Program-made: the position numbers and the translations under genes | NCBI GenBank assembly: GCA_963714085.1 | Contig: OY970229.1 | Coordinates: 1,312,001-1,376,000, forward strand | Direction of reading: 5' to 3' | Length of the DNA stretch: 64,000 nucleotides | From: an uncultured Candidatus Micrarchaeota archaeon | Lineage (GTDB): Archaea; Micrarchaeota; Micrarchaeia; Anstonellales; Bilamarchaeaceae | Part shown: piece by piece, positions 1-10,132 of the stretch | Position numbering within the stretch: position 1 is the stretch's first letter | How the letters are laid out: every line of letters starts with the position of its first letter | The notes under the pieces: model-generated | What the model was told of the DNA's origin: nothing | Database searches by the model: none | What the model saw: only the letters and a program-made list of their open reading frames with translations

Positions 1-394
1 CGTTATTTTTCAACAGATCAGAAAAATGAGTAGTCAAAATGCCTTTTATCGTAGGATTTCCGTCTCCAGCTTCAATAATATCATGAACTGTTTTTGCATA
101 ATCGGTCGCAGATGAGAGATTCTGAGCAAGTGCATATTTTGCGACTCCCCGATCCTGTTCATCGCCAGTTTGAACTATCCTGACAAGGACGGCTAGGTAT
201 CCAGGCAGACTTGAGTTATCTTTTGCCTCAGCTATTTTATCCTTAAATCGATTTTGACATGGATGCGATCCTGAGCCATGTTTTTCTTGCTGCAGAGATG
301 GAGATGGCGTGCGCTCTAGGGGTTTGGATACCTGCTGAGGTGACTTTGGAGGTAAACCTCGCCGTGTAGCACTAGCTCCTTCATTTTCTGCCAT
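1..394 (-). CDS. Hypothetical protein, runs off the window edge
   Basis: Read by eye: ATG at 394 (MAENEGASATRRGLPPKSPQQ...), open to base 1; AT-rich. Confidence 0.6.
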   Translation of the reverse strand, partial: MAENEGASATRRGLPPKSPQQVSKPLERTPSPSLQQEKHGSGSHPCQNRFKDKIAEAKDNSSLPGYLAVLVRIVQTGDEQDRGVAKYALAQNLSSATDYAKTVHDIIEAGDGNPTIKGILTTHFSDLLKNN

Positions 395-504
395 TGGCAA
401 ATACATCGACAAAAATATTTATAATCCGTAGCATCATTTGAGAAAATATATCTCGATTATTTAGAGTTTAAGATAATAGATTGGAGCTGATTCACATTGG
501 CAAA

Positions 505-586
505 CGTCTAATCTCCCTCCGACCAAGCCTTAAATAGCTCTTACCTCAGAACCGCCCTCAGTGGAAGGCATAACTTGGCTTTCTTC
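505..586. repeat. Intergenic repeat copy 1 (core CTCAGAACCGCCCTCAGTGGAAGG at 545-568)
   Basis: 42 nt identical to 2129-2170; 38 nt identical to 3064-3101. Confidence 0.95.
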
Positions 587-1933
587 TTACTCTAGCATCC
601 CAACGAAAAACAATGGCCGACGCATATCATCCAGCATGCCAGGGTGAGTAAAGATTATTTTTTGTTTGGTCGTGAATCCCTTGAACTGAGTTCGCCCCTT
701 GTTACGCCCGCCTATTTCACATACCAGATCGTTCACTAGATAATCAGGAGTTTTCTCTCCTCTTGTCCCCTTGAGATAATCTAATTGGATACCAAGACGT
801 GAGATAGCGTCCACGAAAAAATCTTCACGCAACGCTCCTATCGCATCATCATACGATTTGAAAAGCAATCGATATGGCAGGGCGAATAATATCTTTGGCT
901 CTTTGGTAATATTGGTGCCCTTTGGAAGAATACACTTTAGTACAAAAGCTTTTTCCAGCAAATCTACGTATCTCTGAACTTTTGTCTTAGCAATTTGGCA
1001 GTTTTGAGAGATGCTTGAATAGCTAATGCCCTCGCTTTCTGAGCGGCCGATGAAAAGTAGGATTTGGCGCACCTCAAAGGATTCGGCAAGGGTGATGCCA
1101 GAAGCTCGAATCAGATCACGTTCGATGATTGTGTCTAGCATATTGCGAAATTGTGGAAGCGTATCCTGCTGACCAAAAGTGAAAAGGTAATTACTCCCAG
1201 TAAGATAATCCTTAAACAGGGATTCAAAACGCAGATTCAGACCGTAATATGTCCTGCAACGCTCGGTATCTGTTAGATCAGAAAAAGGGAGTGGTTGAAC
1301 TTGGATATCTCTTGAAAAAAAGATAAACTCTCGAAAAGACAACGATAGAACAGAGAACACCCTCACACGGCGTGAGAGATCATATGTGGAGCTATGGAGG
1401 GAAATTGCGGATGAACTGGTAAACACCACTTGTAATTGAGGAAGAAAGTCGTAGATTTTTTTGAGTTCGTTGCCATAGTTTGGATATGCATGGATCTCGT
1501 CTATAAGAAGCAATTTGATGCCTTTGTCCATAAGTTCGTTTGCCAATCCGAAAAGGTCGGTTTCGCTTCCTGTATCGAGTGAGATATAAAACGAAGTTTT
1601 GGCCTGATTATGAATTTGTTTCAACAGCGTACTTTTTCCCACCCCCCTCGGACCGATTAGCGCTATGAAGATGCGTTCTCCTAAATGGCGATTGATCTCT
1701 TCATACACAAAACGTTTCTTGGGATAAGTAGCGCCCTCTTGCCTTGCTTTGTCGCTTAGAGTTTGCTGCTCTTCGTTGGGTACGTTACGAACTCCAAAAA
1801 CTCCCAACCGAGCCGATGGCAAGGTTGTCATATCAACAATACGTCGTGGATCCACACCTTCGGGCGGAAGTTTATGCTCTTCCTTCTTGGCGCTACGACG
1901 TTTGGTTTGTTTTCTATTACTCATACAATTCAT
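587..1933 (-). CDS. AAA+ ATPase (AAA_14/DUF4143-like); start uncertain
   Basis: Walker A GPRGVGKST, Walker B LLLIDEIH, TSSS and DLSRR motifs, C-terminal PD...EIG nuclease-like motif. Confidence 0.85.
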   Translation of the reverse strand: MNCMSNRKQTKRRSAKKEEHKLPPEGVDPRRIVDMTTLPSARLGVFGVRNVPNEEQQTLSDKARQEGATYPKKRFVYEEINRHLGERIFIALIGPRGVGKSTLLKQIHNQAKTSFYISLDTGSETDLFGLANELMDKGIKLLLIDEIHAYPNYGNELKKIYDFLPQLQVVFTSSSAISLHSSTYDLSRRVRVFSVLSLSFREFIFFSRDIQVQPLPFSDLTDTERCRTYYGLNLRFESLFKDYLTGSNYLFTFGQQDTLPQFRNMLDTIIERDLIRASGITLAESFEVRQILLFIGRSESEGISYSSISQNCQIAKTKVQRYVDLLEKAFVLKCILPKGTNITKEPKILFALPYRLLFKSYDDAIGALREDFFVDAISRLGIQLDYLKGTRGEKTPDYLVNDLVCEIGGRNKGRTQFKGFTTKQKIIFTHPGMLDDMRRPLFFVGMLE

Positions 1934-2091
1934 TACACACCAAACTATATAAACCTATCATTTTGGCTAGTATTCATACGAAATGATAGTCATTTTAGAA
2001 TAATTTCAGACAAAATGATAGTTTGTTTATGACCGTGACTTCGCCAGATTTTCGATTCATCGAGCTTTTCCGAGGTAAATTTTCGTCAAAT

Positions 2092-2210
2092 CCCTAACCC
2101 TCCCGGCCAATCATTAAATAGAACCCATCTCAGAACCGCCCTCAGTGGAAGGCATAACTTGGCTTTCTTCGGTACACACTCAGATAACCTCTCTGCATTC
2201 GGCAGGAGCA
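2092..2210. repeat. Intergenic repeat copy 2 (core at 2129-2152)
   Basis: Direct alignment with copies 1 and 3. Confidence 0.95.
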
Positions 2211-2334
2211 CTCTGCTTTTATCTAAGTGTTCCCCCCATTTGGCACCGCGGTGTCAAGTAATTCTCCTAGATATAAACTTGAAAATGTGGGAAGTTTAGG
2301 AGAACCTTAAAATGACATATTCTTATTAGTAAGC

Positions 2335-3003
2335 ATGAAAGAATTACATATGGAAAATTCCTGGTTTTTAATCTCTAGCAAACTGAAAAAAATCAAATTC
2401 AATGGAGATACGGATATTCGGTATACAGAAGAATTTGTTAAAATGTTCATCCTTAAATTTACAAAAAGAGGGGATAGAATCTTAGACCCTTTTGCTGGTT
2501 TTGGTACAACGTTGTTTGTAGGCCAGCGACTGGGACGAACAGTTCTTGGGATAGAATACGACGAAAGTCAATATGAATACATTAACGACCGGATCAAAAA
2601 GCCCTGTAAAATCATTCATGGAAATTCCCTAAAACTCAGATCTTATAAATTGCCAAAGTTTGACTTTTCCATAACTTCTCCGCCCTACATGAGAAACTTT
2701 GATAAGGAAGATCCATTTACAAATTATACAAAAATTGGGAGTTACTCAAAATATTTGAAAGATATTGGAAGAATATACCGGCAGATCAAAAAGGTAATGA
2801 AAAAAAATGCCACAATCATAATCGAAGTGTCAAATACAATTGGTGAGGGCCGTCCCATGACTCCTTTAGCTTGGGACATAGGGAGAGAAATTTCGAAAAT
2901 ATTCTTTTTCGAACAAGAAATAATTTATTGTTCGACGGAAGGCGATCATAGCCACGTTTTAGTATTTAAGAACAAATGGCTGCAAAGTAATCATTTTCAT
3001 TGA
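2335..3003 (+). CDS. SAM-dependent amino-methyltransferase (N4-C/N6-A DNA methylase family)
   Basis: Motif I DPFAGFGTT, catalytic TSPPY; very AT-rich. Confidence 0.8.
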   Translation: MKELHMENSWFLISSKLKKIKFNGDTDIRYTEEFVKMFILKFTKRGDRILDPFAGFGTTLFVGQRLGRTVLGIEYDESQYEYINDRIKKPCKIIHGNSLKLRSYKLPKFDFSITSPPYMRNFDKEDPFTNYTKIGSYSKYLKDIGRIYRQIKKVMKKNATIIIEVSNTIGEGRPMTPLAWDIGREISKIFFFEQEIIYCSTEGDHSHVLVFKNKWLQSNHFH

Positions 3004-3037
3004 AGTTCAGTGTCCAAGTGCAAGCAGCAGTGCAAGT

Positions 3038-3148
3038 CGTCTAACCCCCCTCAGGCCAGAGTATAAATAGCTCTTACCTCAGAACCGCCCTCAGTGGAAG
3101 GTCATTGTCTTTCACACTCAGATAAGCCCTGTGCTTCCGGCAGGAGCA
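3038..3148. repeat. Intergenic repeat copy 3 (core at 3078-3101)
   Basis: Direct alignment with copies 1 and 2. Confidence 0.95.
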
Positions 3149-3241
3149 TTTAACTCCAATCCGGGAATCAGAACTATTAAGAACACTCTCAGCCCGTTCA
3201 TTTTGATGGCGCTGAAAGGCAAACCCGTCTCCCGGCTGACG

Positions 3242-3706
3242 ATGTTCAAGTTGAATTATAACAAGCTCATTTCGGGTGTTCTCAGCCTTGGCGTCATCGT
3301 AGTCGCCTTGTTCATCCTGCAATATCTATTCCATACGAACTCCATAATCATCTTTCTCGCCGCCCTGATCGTGGCGTCATCGGTCTTCTGGAAGCTTCTG
3401 CGGGGACTATACGATGTCGAAAAGTCCAAGCAGGCTATCCTCCTCTTGATAAACACATCCCTCCTCGTCCTGTTCCTGTTCGCAGCGCTTTATCTGGTAT
3501 CGGCAAGGATCCTGATGAAAGTAGACCCGTCCTTGGAATGCAAAACGGCGATAGAATGCACCTGGTCCAGCTGCCCCATCGTCTTCAATATCTCCGACCT
3601 GTGCTTTTTCACGCAACAGTTCCTGGCTGCGAACATACAGTTCACGGGTATCGAGATAATATACCTGATCCTGGCGCGCGGGATCGGCGACATCGTCCTG
3701 AGATAA
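3242..3706 (+). CDS. Hypothetical membrane protein
   Basis: 3-4 hydrophobic segments and a Cys-rich loop; ATG 3242 chosen as likely start. Confidence 0.65.
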   Translation: MFKLNYNKLISGVLSLGVIVVALFILQYLFHTNSIIIFLAALIVASSVFWKLLRGLYDVEKSKQAILLLINTSLLVLFLFAALYLVSARILMKVDPSLECKTAIECTWSSCPIVFNISDLCFFTQQFLAANIQFTGIEIIYLILARGIGDIVLR

Positions 3707-3751
3707 ACCCGCTTCCAAAAGGCTTTTTATCTGCCCCGTAGAATAACAATC

Positions 3752-5674
3752 ATGCATTTTTCCCTTGAATCCCCCTACAAGCCAGCAGGCGACCAGCCCC
3801 AGGCAATAGACAAGCTGGTCGCAGGGGTGGAGAAAGGGGGCTTCCAGACTCTTTTAGGTGTGACCGGGTCCGGAAAGACGTTCACGATGGCCAATGTCAT
3901 CGCCCGCAGCGGCAAGAACGCAATAATCGTCTCGCACAACAAGACTCTTGCAGCGCAGCTCTACGCCGAGTTCCAGCAGTTCTTCCCGCAGGACAACGTG
4001 GGATTCTTCATATCATATTACGACTACTACCAGCCGGAGAGCTACATCGCCTCCACGGACACGTACATAGAGAAGGAGGCCGAGAGGAACGAGAAGCTGG
4101 AAGAATTCAGGCTACAAGCGACATCGTATCTCCTTTCGGGCAGGCCCACGGTCATCATCGCCTCGGTCTCGTGCATCTACGGCCTGGGCAATCCCGGAAC
4201 GTACGCCCAGCTGGGATTGGACCTCAAGAAAGGCATGCGCATCCGGAGGAAGGAGCTGACGCACTCCCTGGTCAAGATGCAATACGAGAGGAACGAGACC
4301 GTCCTTGAGAAAGGCAGCTTCCGCATGCGGGGTGACATGCTGGAAGTCTTCCCGCCGTTCTCGGATTCCGCCATACGCGTGATGTTCGAGGACGACGAGT
4401 TGCAATGGATCGAATCATTCGACGTGCTCAGCGGAAGGAAGAGCAAAACATCGAGCTACCTCCTGCTCCCGGCCAAGCACTTCGTGGTCCCGGACGAGAC
4501 GAAGAACGATGCGTTGGAGTCCATATCCGCGGAGCTGGAGGAATCCGCCCCGTCGCTCAAACCACTGGAAAGGCAGCGATTGGAGCAGAGGACGCGCTAC
4601 GACCTGGAGATGATACGCGAGCTGGGCTATTGCTCGGGCATAGAGAACTATTCAAGGCATTTCGACGGCCGCAAGCCCGGCGAGAGGCCGTACTGCCTGC
4701 TGGATTACTTCCCCAAGGACTTCCTCATGTTCATAGACGAATCCCATGTCACCCTGCCGCAGGTCCGGGGCATGTACCACGGCGATCTCACCAGGAAGCA
4801 GGCCCTGGTGGAGAACGGGTTCAGGCTGCCGTGCGCGTACGACAACCGGCCCCTGAAGTTCGAGGAGTTCGAGAAATTCATGAAGAACGTGGTCTTCGTC
4901 TCCGCCACTCCGGCGCAATATGAGCTGGACCACTCGTCCCAGGTTGTCGAACAGATAGTGCGCCCGACCGGCCTGGTGGACCCGGAGATAGAGATAAGGA
5001 AGACCAAAGGCCAACTGGACGATCTTTTATCCGAAGTCAAGCTCAGGGCTGACCGGAACGAGCGCACGCTCGTCACCACGCTCACGAAAAGGATGGCAGA
5101 GGACCTCGCGTCCTACCTCCATGACAAGGGTGCGAGGGTGCGTTACCTGCACTCCGAGATAGAGACGCTCGAGCGCACGAAGCTCATACGCGCATTGAGA
5201 GCAGGGAAGTTCGACTGCCTGGTCGGCATAAATCTCCTCAGGGAAGGTTTAGACATCCCCGAGGTCTCCCTGGTCGCGATACTGGACGCGGACAAGACCG
5301 GCTTCCTCCGCTCCTCGCAAGCCCTGATCCAGACCATAGGCCGTGCAGCGAGGAACGTGAACGGCAGGGTCATCATGTACTCGGACACTGTTTCCGAAGC
5401 CATGCGCGCAGCGATAAGCGAGACCGACAGGCGGCGCAAGAAGCAGGTTCTGTTCAACAAGAAGTACGGGATAACCCCCAAGACGATAATCAAGCCGGTT
5501 CCACCTGAAGAGGAGATAGGCGAGGTCGAAGCCGCGATCCCGAAGAGCATGAATGAGAAACAGAAGGAGGAGCTCATCGCCCTGTTCGAGGAGGAGATGA
5601 TGGCAGCGGCCGAGCGGCTGGACTTCGAGAAGGCGATAGCGCTGAGGGACAGGATACGGCAGCTGAGGAAATGA
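3752..5674 (+). CDS. uvrB: Excinuclease ABC subunit B
   Basis: GVTGSGKT, YYDYYQPE, DESH, QTIGRAARN, C-terminal UVR domain. Confidence 0.98.
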   Translation: MHFSLESPYKPAGDQPQAIDKLVAGVEKGGFQTLLGVTGSGKTFTMANVIARSGKNAIIVSHNKTLAAQLYAEFQQFFPQDNVGFFISYYDYYQPESYIASTDTYIEKEAERNEKLEEFRLQATSYLLSGRPTVIIASVSCIYGLGNPGTYAQLGLDLKKGMRIRRKELTHSLVKMQYERNETVLEKGSFRMRGDMLEVFPPFSDSAIRVMFEDDELQWIESFDVLSGRKSKTSSYLLLPAKHFVVPDETKNDALESISAELEESAPSLKPLERQRLEQRTRYDLEMIRELGYCSGIENYSRHFDGRKPGERPYCLLDYFPKDFLMFIDESHVTLPQVRGMYHGDLTRKQALVENGFRLPCAYDNRPLKFEEFEKFMKNVVFVSATPAQYELDHSSQVVEQIVRPTGLVDPEIEIRKTKGQLDDLLSEVKLRADRNERTLVTTLTKRMAEDLASYLHDKGARVRYLHSEIETLERTKLIRALRAGKFDCLVGINLLREGLDIPEVSLVAILDADKTGFLRSSQALIQTIGRAARNVNGRVIMYSDTVSEAMRAAISETDRRRKKQVLFNKKYGITPKTIIKPVPPEEEIGEVEAAIPKSMNEKQKEELIALFEEEMMAAAERLDFEKAIALRDRIRQLRK

Positions 5675-5736
5675 CAAGCCATAAATACCTCTTTCGTCAT
5701 AATAGACTAGACTAATTCCCAGGTGATGTAATCCCA

Positions 5737-8574
5737 ATAGATTCAATCGTGATAAAAGGCGCGAGAGAGCACAATCTCCGGAACGTGGACGTAGAGATAC
5801 CCAGAGGAAAGATAACAGTCGTAACCGGCCTTTCGGGCTCGGGAAAATCCACGCTCGCCTTCGACACTTTGTACGCCGAAGGCCAGAGACGCTACGTCGA
5901 ATCCCTCTCAGCCTACGCCCGCCAGTTCCTGGGCATAATGAACAAGCCGGACGTGGATTCCATAGAAGGGCTTTCTCCGGCGATATCCATAGACCAGAAG
6001 ACGACCTCCAGGAACCCGCGCTCCACTGTCGGAACGGTCACGGAGATCTACGACTACATGCGCCTGCTCTTCGCGAGGGTGGGCCAGCCGCACTGTCCCG
6101 TATGCAGGAAGCCGATATCAAGGCAGGGCCCGGACGAGATCCGCGCCAATCTCTTCTCAAACTCCGAAGGCAAGAAGGTGGAGTTCCTCGCTCCGATAGC
6201 AAGAGGCGAGAAGGGCAGGTTCGAGAAGGAGTTCGAGAGGCTCAGGAAGGCGGGCTTCTACAAGGTCTATGTGAACAACGAGCTCCTCGACATCAGTGCG
6301 AAGAACCCGAAGCTCGACAAGAACATAAAACAGACGATATCCGTGGTGATAGACAAGATAACCATCGAGACCGCATCCAAGGACCGCATCCATGAGGCAA
6401 TAGAATCCTCGCTGAAGGAAGGCAACGGGGTGATGATCGCAAGGTGCGGCAAACTCGAAACGCTGTATTCGAGGCACAACGCCTGCCCGGAGCACGGGAT
6501 CTCGCTGGGAGAGATACAGCCCAGGGATTTCTCGTTCAACTCCCCGTTCGGCGCCTGCCCGGAATGCCACGGCCTGGGGTTCAAGATGGAGTTCGACCCT
6601 GACCTGGTGATACCGGACCGCTCGCGCTCCATCCTGGAAGGCGCGATAACCTGCTACAAGGGCCTGATGGAGGGCGGCTGGAGGATGCACACTGTCCGCG
6701 AGGTGGCTTCGAACAACGGCATAGACCTCGAGATGCCGGTCTCGAAGATACCGAAAGAGAAGCTGGACATCATACTCTACGGCACGAAGGACAGGATGAA
6801 ATTCACGTACGAGGGCAGGAACTCGCGGTACGAGTACGAGGGCGATTTCGAAGGCGTCATCCCCCAGCTCGAGCGCCTCTTCCAGCAGACGAAATCCGAG
6901 CGCAGGAAGGAGGAGATAGCCAAGTTCATGCTCGAGAGCACCTGCCCCAAATGCAAGGGCATGCGCCTGAAAGACGAGATACTGGGGGTGCTCATCGGAG
7001 ATAAGAACATCATGGAGATATGCCGCCTCCCGATAGGGGATGCGAAGGGGTATCTGAGATCGCTCGCACTGGACGATAACCAGAAGAAAATATCAGCCCC
7101 GATACTCAAGGAGATCAACACGCGGCTGGAGTTCCTGGAGAACGTGGGGTTGAACTACCTGGACCTCGCGAGGGAGAGCTCCACGCTCTCAGGAGGGGAG
7201 TCGCAGCGCATCCGCCTGGCCACGCAGATAGGCTCAAACCTCACCGGGATAATCTACGTGCTGGACGAGCCGTCCATAGGCCTGCACCAGCGCGACAACT
7301 CCAAGCTCCTCGCGACGCTAAAACGCCTCCGCGACCTGGGCAACACGCTCGTCGTGGTCGAGCATGACGAGGAGACCATGCGCGAGGCCGACCATATAAT
7401 AGACATGGGCCCAGGCGCCGGACTCAAAGGCGGGTATGTCGTCGCCACGGGCAAGGTCCAGGACATAATGCGCAACGACGCTTCGATAACCGGCGACTAT
7501 CTCTCCGGCCGGCGGACGATCAGGACACCCGGGGAAAGGAGGCCTGCGGACGGCAAGCTCATCCTGAAAGGCGCGTCGGAGAACAACCTCAAGAACATAG
7601 ACGTCACGTTCCCGCTCGGGACGTTCATCTGCGTGACCGGGGTCTCAGGATCCGGCAAATCGTCTTTGATAGCGGAGACGTTATACCCAGCGCTCTCGAA
7701 CCTCCTCAACGGCTCCAAGCTGAGGGTCGGCAAGAGCAGGGAGATAGACGGCCCGTACCAGCTCGACAAGGTCATCACCGTCGACCAGTCGCCCATAGGC
7801 CGCACCCCGAGGTCGAACCCGGCCACGTACATCGGCGCGTTCACGCCAATAAGGGACCTGTTCTCCAGGACGGAAGAATCAAGGGCGCGCGGCTACGGGC
7901 CCGGGAGGTTCTCCTTCAACGTCCCGCAGGGCAGGTGCGAGAACTGCGAGGGCGACGGCCTCATAAAGATAGAGATGCACTTCCTGGCCGACGTCTACGT
8001 GCCGTGCGAGGTCTGCAAGGGGAAGCGCTACGACTCCCAGACGCTCGAGATAACGTACAAGGGCAAGAACATCGCGGACATACTGGACATGAGCGTGGAC
8101 GAGGCGCACGGGTTCTTCGCCAGCATACCCATGATCAGCCGCAAGCTCGAGACCATCAAGGACGTGGGGCTCGGATACATCAAGCTCGGCCAGCCCGCGA
8201 CCACGCTCTCAGGAGGGGAGGCCCAGCGCGTGAAGCTCGCGACAGAGCTCTCCAAGCGCTCCACCGGCAAGACCATGTACCTGCTGGACGAGCCGACCAC
8301 GGGATTGCATTTCGACGACGTGAACAGGCTCCTCGAGGTATTGCAGCGGCTGGTGGACCGGGGCAACACCGTGATAGTGATAGAGCACAACCTCGACGTG
8401 ATAAAGAGCGCGGACTGGATCATAGACCTGGGCCCTGAAGGCGGCGAGGCAGGGGGCAGGGTCGTCGCAGCAGGGACTCCTGAGGCAATCGCGCGCAGCC
8501 ACACGCACACCGGCGCATACCTGAAGAAGGCCCTGGCCGCCGGTAGAAAGAGATCCTCGGAAGTGGATCGATGA
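5737..8574 (+). CDS. uvrA: Excinuclease ABC subunit A (start ATA 5737 or GTG 5749)
   Basis: GAREHNL, two ABC cassettes ([16 protein letters not shown]), Zn fingers. Confidence 0.98.
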   Translation: MDSIVIKGAREHNLRNVDVEIPRGKITVVTGLSGSGKSTLAFDTLYAEGQRRYVESLSAYARQFLGIMNKPDVDSIEGLSPAISIDQKTTSRNPRSTVGTVTEIYDYMRLLFARVGQPHCPVCRKPISRQGPDEIRANLFSNSEGKKVEFLAPIARGEKGRFEKEFERLRKAGFYKVYVNNELLDISAKNPKLDKNIKQTISVVIDKITIETASKDRIHEAIESSLKEGNGVMIARCGKLETLYSRHNACPEHGISLGEIQPRDFSFNSPFGACPECHGLGFKMEFDPDLVIPDRSRSILEGAITCYKGLMEGGWRMHTVREVASNNGIDLEMPVSKIPKEKLDIILYGTKDRMKFTYEGRNSRYEYEGDFEGVIPQLERLFQQTKSERRKEEIAKFMLESTCPKCKGMRLKDEILGVLIGDKNIMEICRLPIGDAKGYLRSLALDDNQKKISAPILKEINTRLEFLENVGLNYLDLARESSTLSGGESQRIRLATQIGSNLTGIIYVLDEPSIGLHQRDNSKLLATLKRLRDLGNTLVVVEHDEETMREADHIIDMGPGAGLKGGYVVATGKVQDIMRNDASITGDYLSGRRTIRTPGERRPADGKLILKGASENNLKNIDVTFPLGTFICVTGVSGSGKSSLIAETLYPALSNLLNGSKLRVGKSREIDGPYQLDKVITVDQSPIGRTPRSNPATYIGAFTPIRDLFSRTEESRARGYGPGRFSFNVPQGRCENCEGDGLIKIEMHFLADVYVPCEVCKGKRYDSQTLEITYKGKNIADILDMSVDEAHGFFASIPMISRKLETIKDVGLGYIKLGQPATTLSGGEAQRVKLATELSKRSTGKTMYLLDEPTTGLHFDDVNRLLEVLQRLVDRGNTVIVIEHNLDVIKSADWIIDLGPEGGEAGGRVVAAGTPEAIARSHTHTGAYLKKALAAGRKRSSEVDR

Positions 8575-10130
8575 TATTCGAACGGGACAAATATCCTGAG
8601 GAGCCCGGCGTCTATCTCATGAAAGGCGATGATGGGGCCGTGATATACGTGGGCAAGGCCTCCTCGTTGCGTGACCGGCTCTCGCAGTATTTCCTCAAAG
8701 GTAGGGACGTGAAGACCAGCACGCTGGTGTCCCACATATCGGCGATAGATTTCGTGGTGACCAAGGACGCGAAAGAGGCGCTCATACTCGAATCCAATCT
8801 GATAAAGAGCTATCAGCCCAGGTACAACCTCTGCCTCAAGGACGCGAAGCATTTCTCGTACCTCGCGCTCACAGAAGAGCGTTTCCCAAGGCTGCTCCTC
8901 GCGAGGAAGAACACCGCCGGCGCCTTCCGCATCAAGGGGGCGAAGTTCTACGGCCCGTTCGTGGAGGGCTCGAAGAGGGCGATCTCCGCGAGGTACCTCA
9001 GGAAGCTCTTCAGGATACGGATCTGCGGCACGAAGATGCCCAAAAAGGAGTGCCTCCAGTTCCACCTCGGGAACTGCGACGCGCCGTGCGTGGGCAACGT
9101 TGGCGAGGCTGATTATGGAGCGAATGTCGCAGCGCTCCGTTCCGTGCTGGAAGGGAGATTGCAAGCGGGCGTGCTCATCGAATCCCTGCGCAAGCGCATG
9201 GCCGAGGCGTCTGCCGCGATGGACTACGAACGCGCGATGTCTCTGCGCGACCAGATGGAATCGCTGAAGATATTCCTCGACAGGCAAAGAGTGGAAAAGA
9301 AACGCGGTTATGACGAGGACTACCTCTGGCTGCAGAGGATAGGACCTAACCTGCACGTGCAGATACTCCGGAGCCGCCACGGAGTCATCGGAAAGGTGGA
9401 GAAGCATTCCATGGCCATAAAGGAGCAGGAGGAGCCTGAGCTATCCTTCTGCCTCCAATATTATACCGAGATCCCGGACAGGGTGTACTCGAACCTCTCG
9501 GAATCCCAGGACAAAGCGCTCAATCTCGCGCTGGGGACCGAGGCGTTCTCGCACCCTGGCAGGGAGAAAGCCAAAGTGCTGGACATCGCGGCGCGCTCGC
9601 TCGTCATGGGCGAGGTGGACCAATCCGTCCTGAGGCTGCGCGAGAGGCTGGGCCTGGAGAACAACCCGATAACCATAGAGACCTTCGACATATCCACGCT
9701 GTTCGGGGAGGAGTCCGTGGGCTCCATGGTGAGGTTCGTGAACGGCAGGCCGGACAAGGACGGCTACCGCAGGTTCAGGATCAAGACCGTGTCAGGGCAG
9801 GACGATTTCGCCATGATGAAGGAGGTCGTGCTAAGGAGGTACCAGCGCGTCATGAAGGAGGGCGGTCCTTTGCCGGACCTCGTGCTGCTCGACGGCGGCG
9901 CAGGGCAATTGCATGCTGCCATGGACGGGATGGACGAGGCGGGCGTGCGCATCCCAGCGGCAGCGATAGCCAAGAAAGAGGAGGAGATATACCTTCCTAA
10001 CAGGATGGAGACGCTGCGCATGGAGCGCTCGGACCAGGCGCTAAAGCTCCTCCAGCGCTGCAGGGACGAGGCGCACAGGTTCGCGGTGACCTATCAGCGG
10101 CTCAGGCGCGGGAAGAAGGCCAGGGAATGA
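8571..10130 (+). CDS. uvrC: Excinuclease ABC subunit C, lacking C-terminal HhH domain
   Basis: GIY-YIG (PGVYLM..IYVGKA), Cys cluster, UVR, ETFDIS, LLDGGAGQ, RDEAHRFA. Confidence 0.95.
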   Translation: MIFERDKYPEEPGVYLMKGDDGAVIYVGKASSLRDRLSQYFLKGRDVKTSTLVSHISAIDFVVTKDAKEALILESNLIKSYQPRYNLCLKDAKHFSYLALTEERFPRLLLARKNTAGAFRIKGAKFYGPFVEGSKRAISARYLRKLFRIRICGTKMPKKECLQFHLGNCDAPCVGNVGEADYGANVAALRSVLEGRLQAGVLIESLRKRMAEASAAMDYERAMSLRDQMESLKIFLDRQRVEKKRGYDEDYLWLQRIGPNLHVQILRSRHGVIGKVEKHSMAIKEQEEPELSFCLQYYTEIPDRVYSNLSESQDKALNLALGTEAFSHPGREKAKVLDIAARSLVMGEVDQSVLRLRERLGLENNPITIETFDISTLFGEESVGSMVRFVNGRPDKDGYRRFRIKTVSGQDDFAMMKEVVLRRYQRVMKEGGPLPDLVLLDGGAGQLHAAMDGMDEAGVRIPAAAIAKKEEEIYLPNRMETLRMERSDQALKLLQRCRDEAHRFAVTYQRLRRGKKARE

Positions 10131-10132
10131 TC

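Noticed and set aside
505..3148. CRISPR array or canonical integron attC sites
   Set aside because: Spacing is about 1-1.6 kb, no cas or intI gene is in the window, and no paired RYYYAAC...GTTRRRY ends enclose the repeats.
3074..3322. 82-aa minus-strand ORF ending in the repeat (LPLRAVLR*)
   Set aside because: Antisense to a membrane gene; the frame is not conserved in copy 2 (11-nt indel).
8028..9407. Long shadow ORFs (also 14010-15281, 18235-19269, 23101-24255, 40235-41344 and others)
   Set aside because: They overlap well-supported genes and are expected from high third-position GC.
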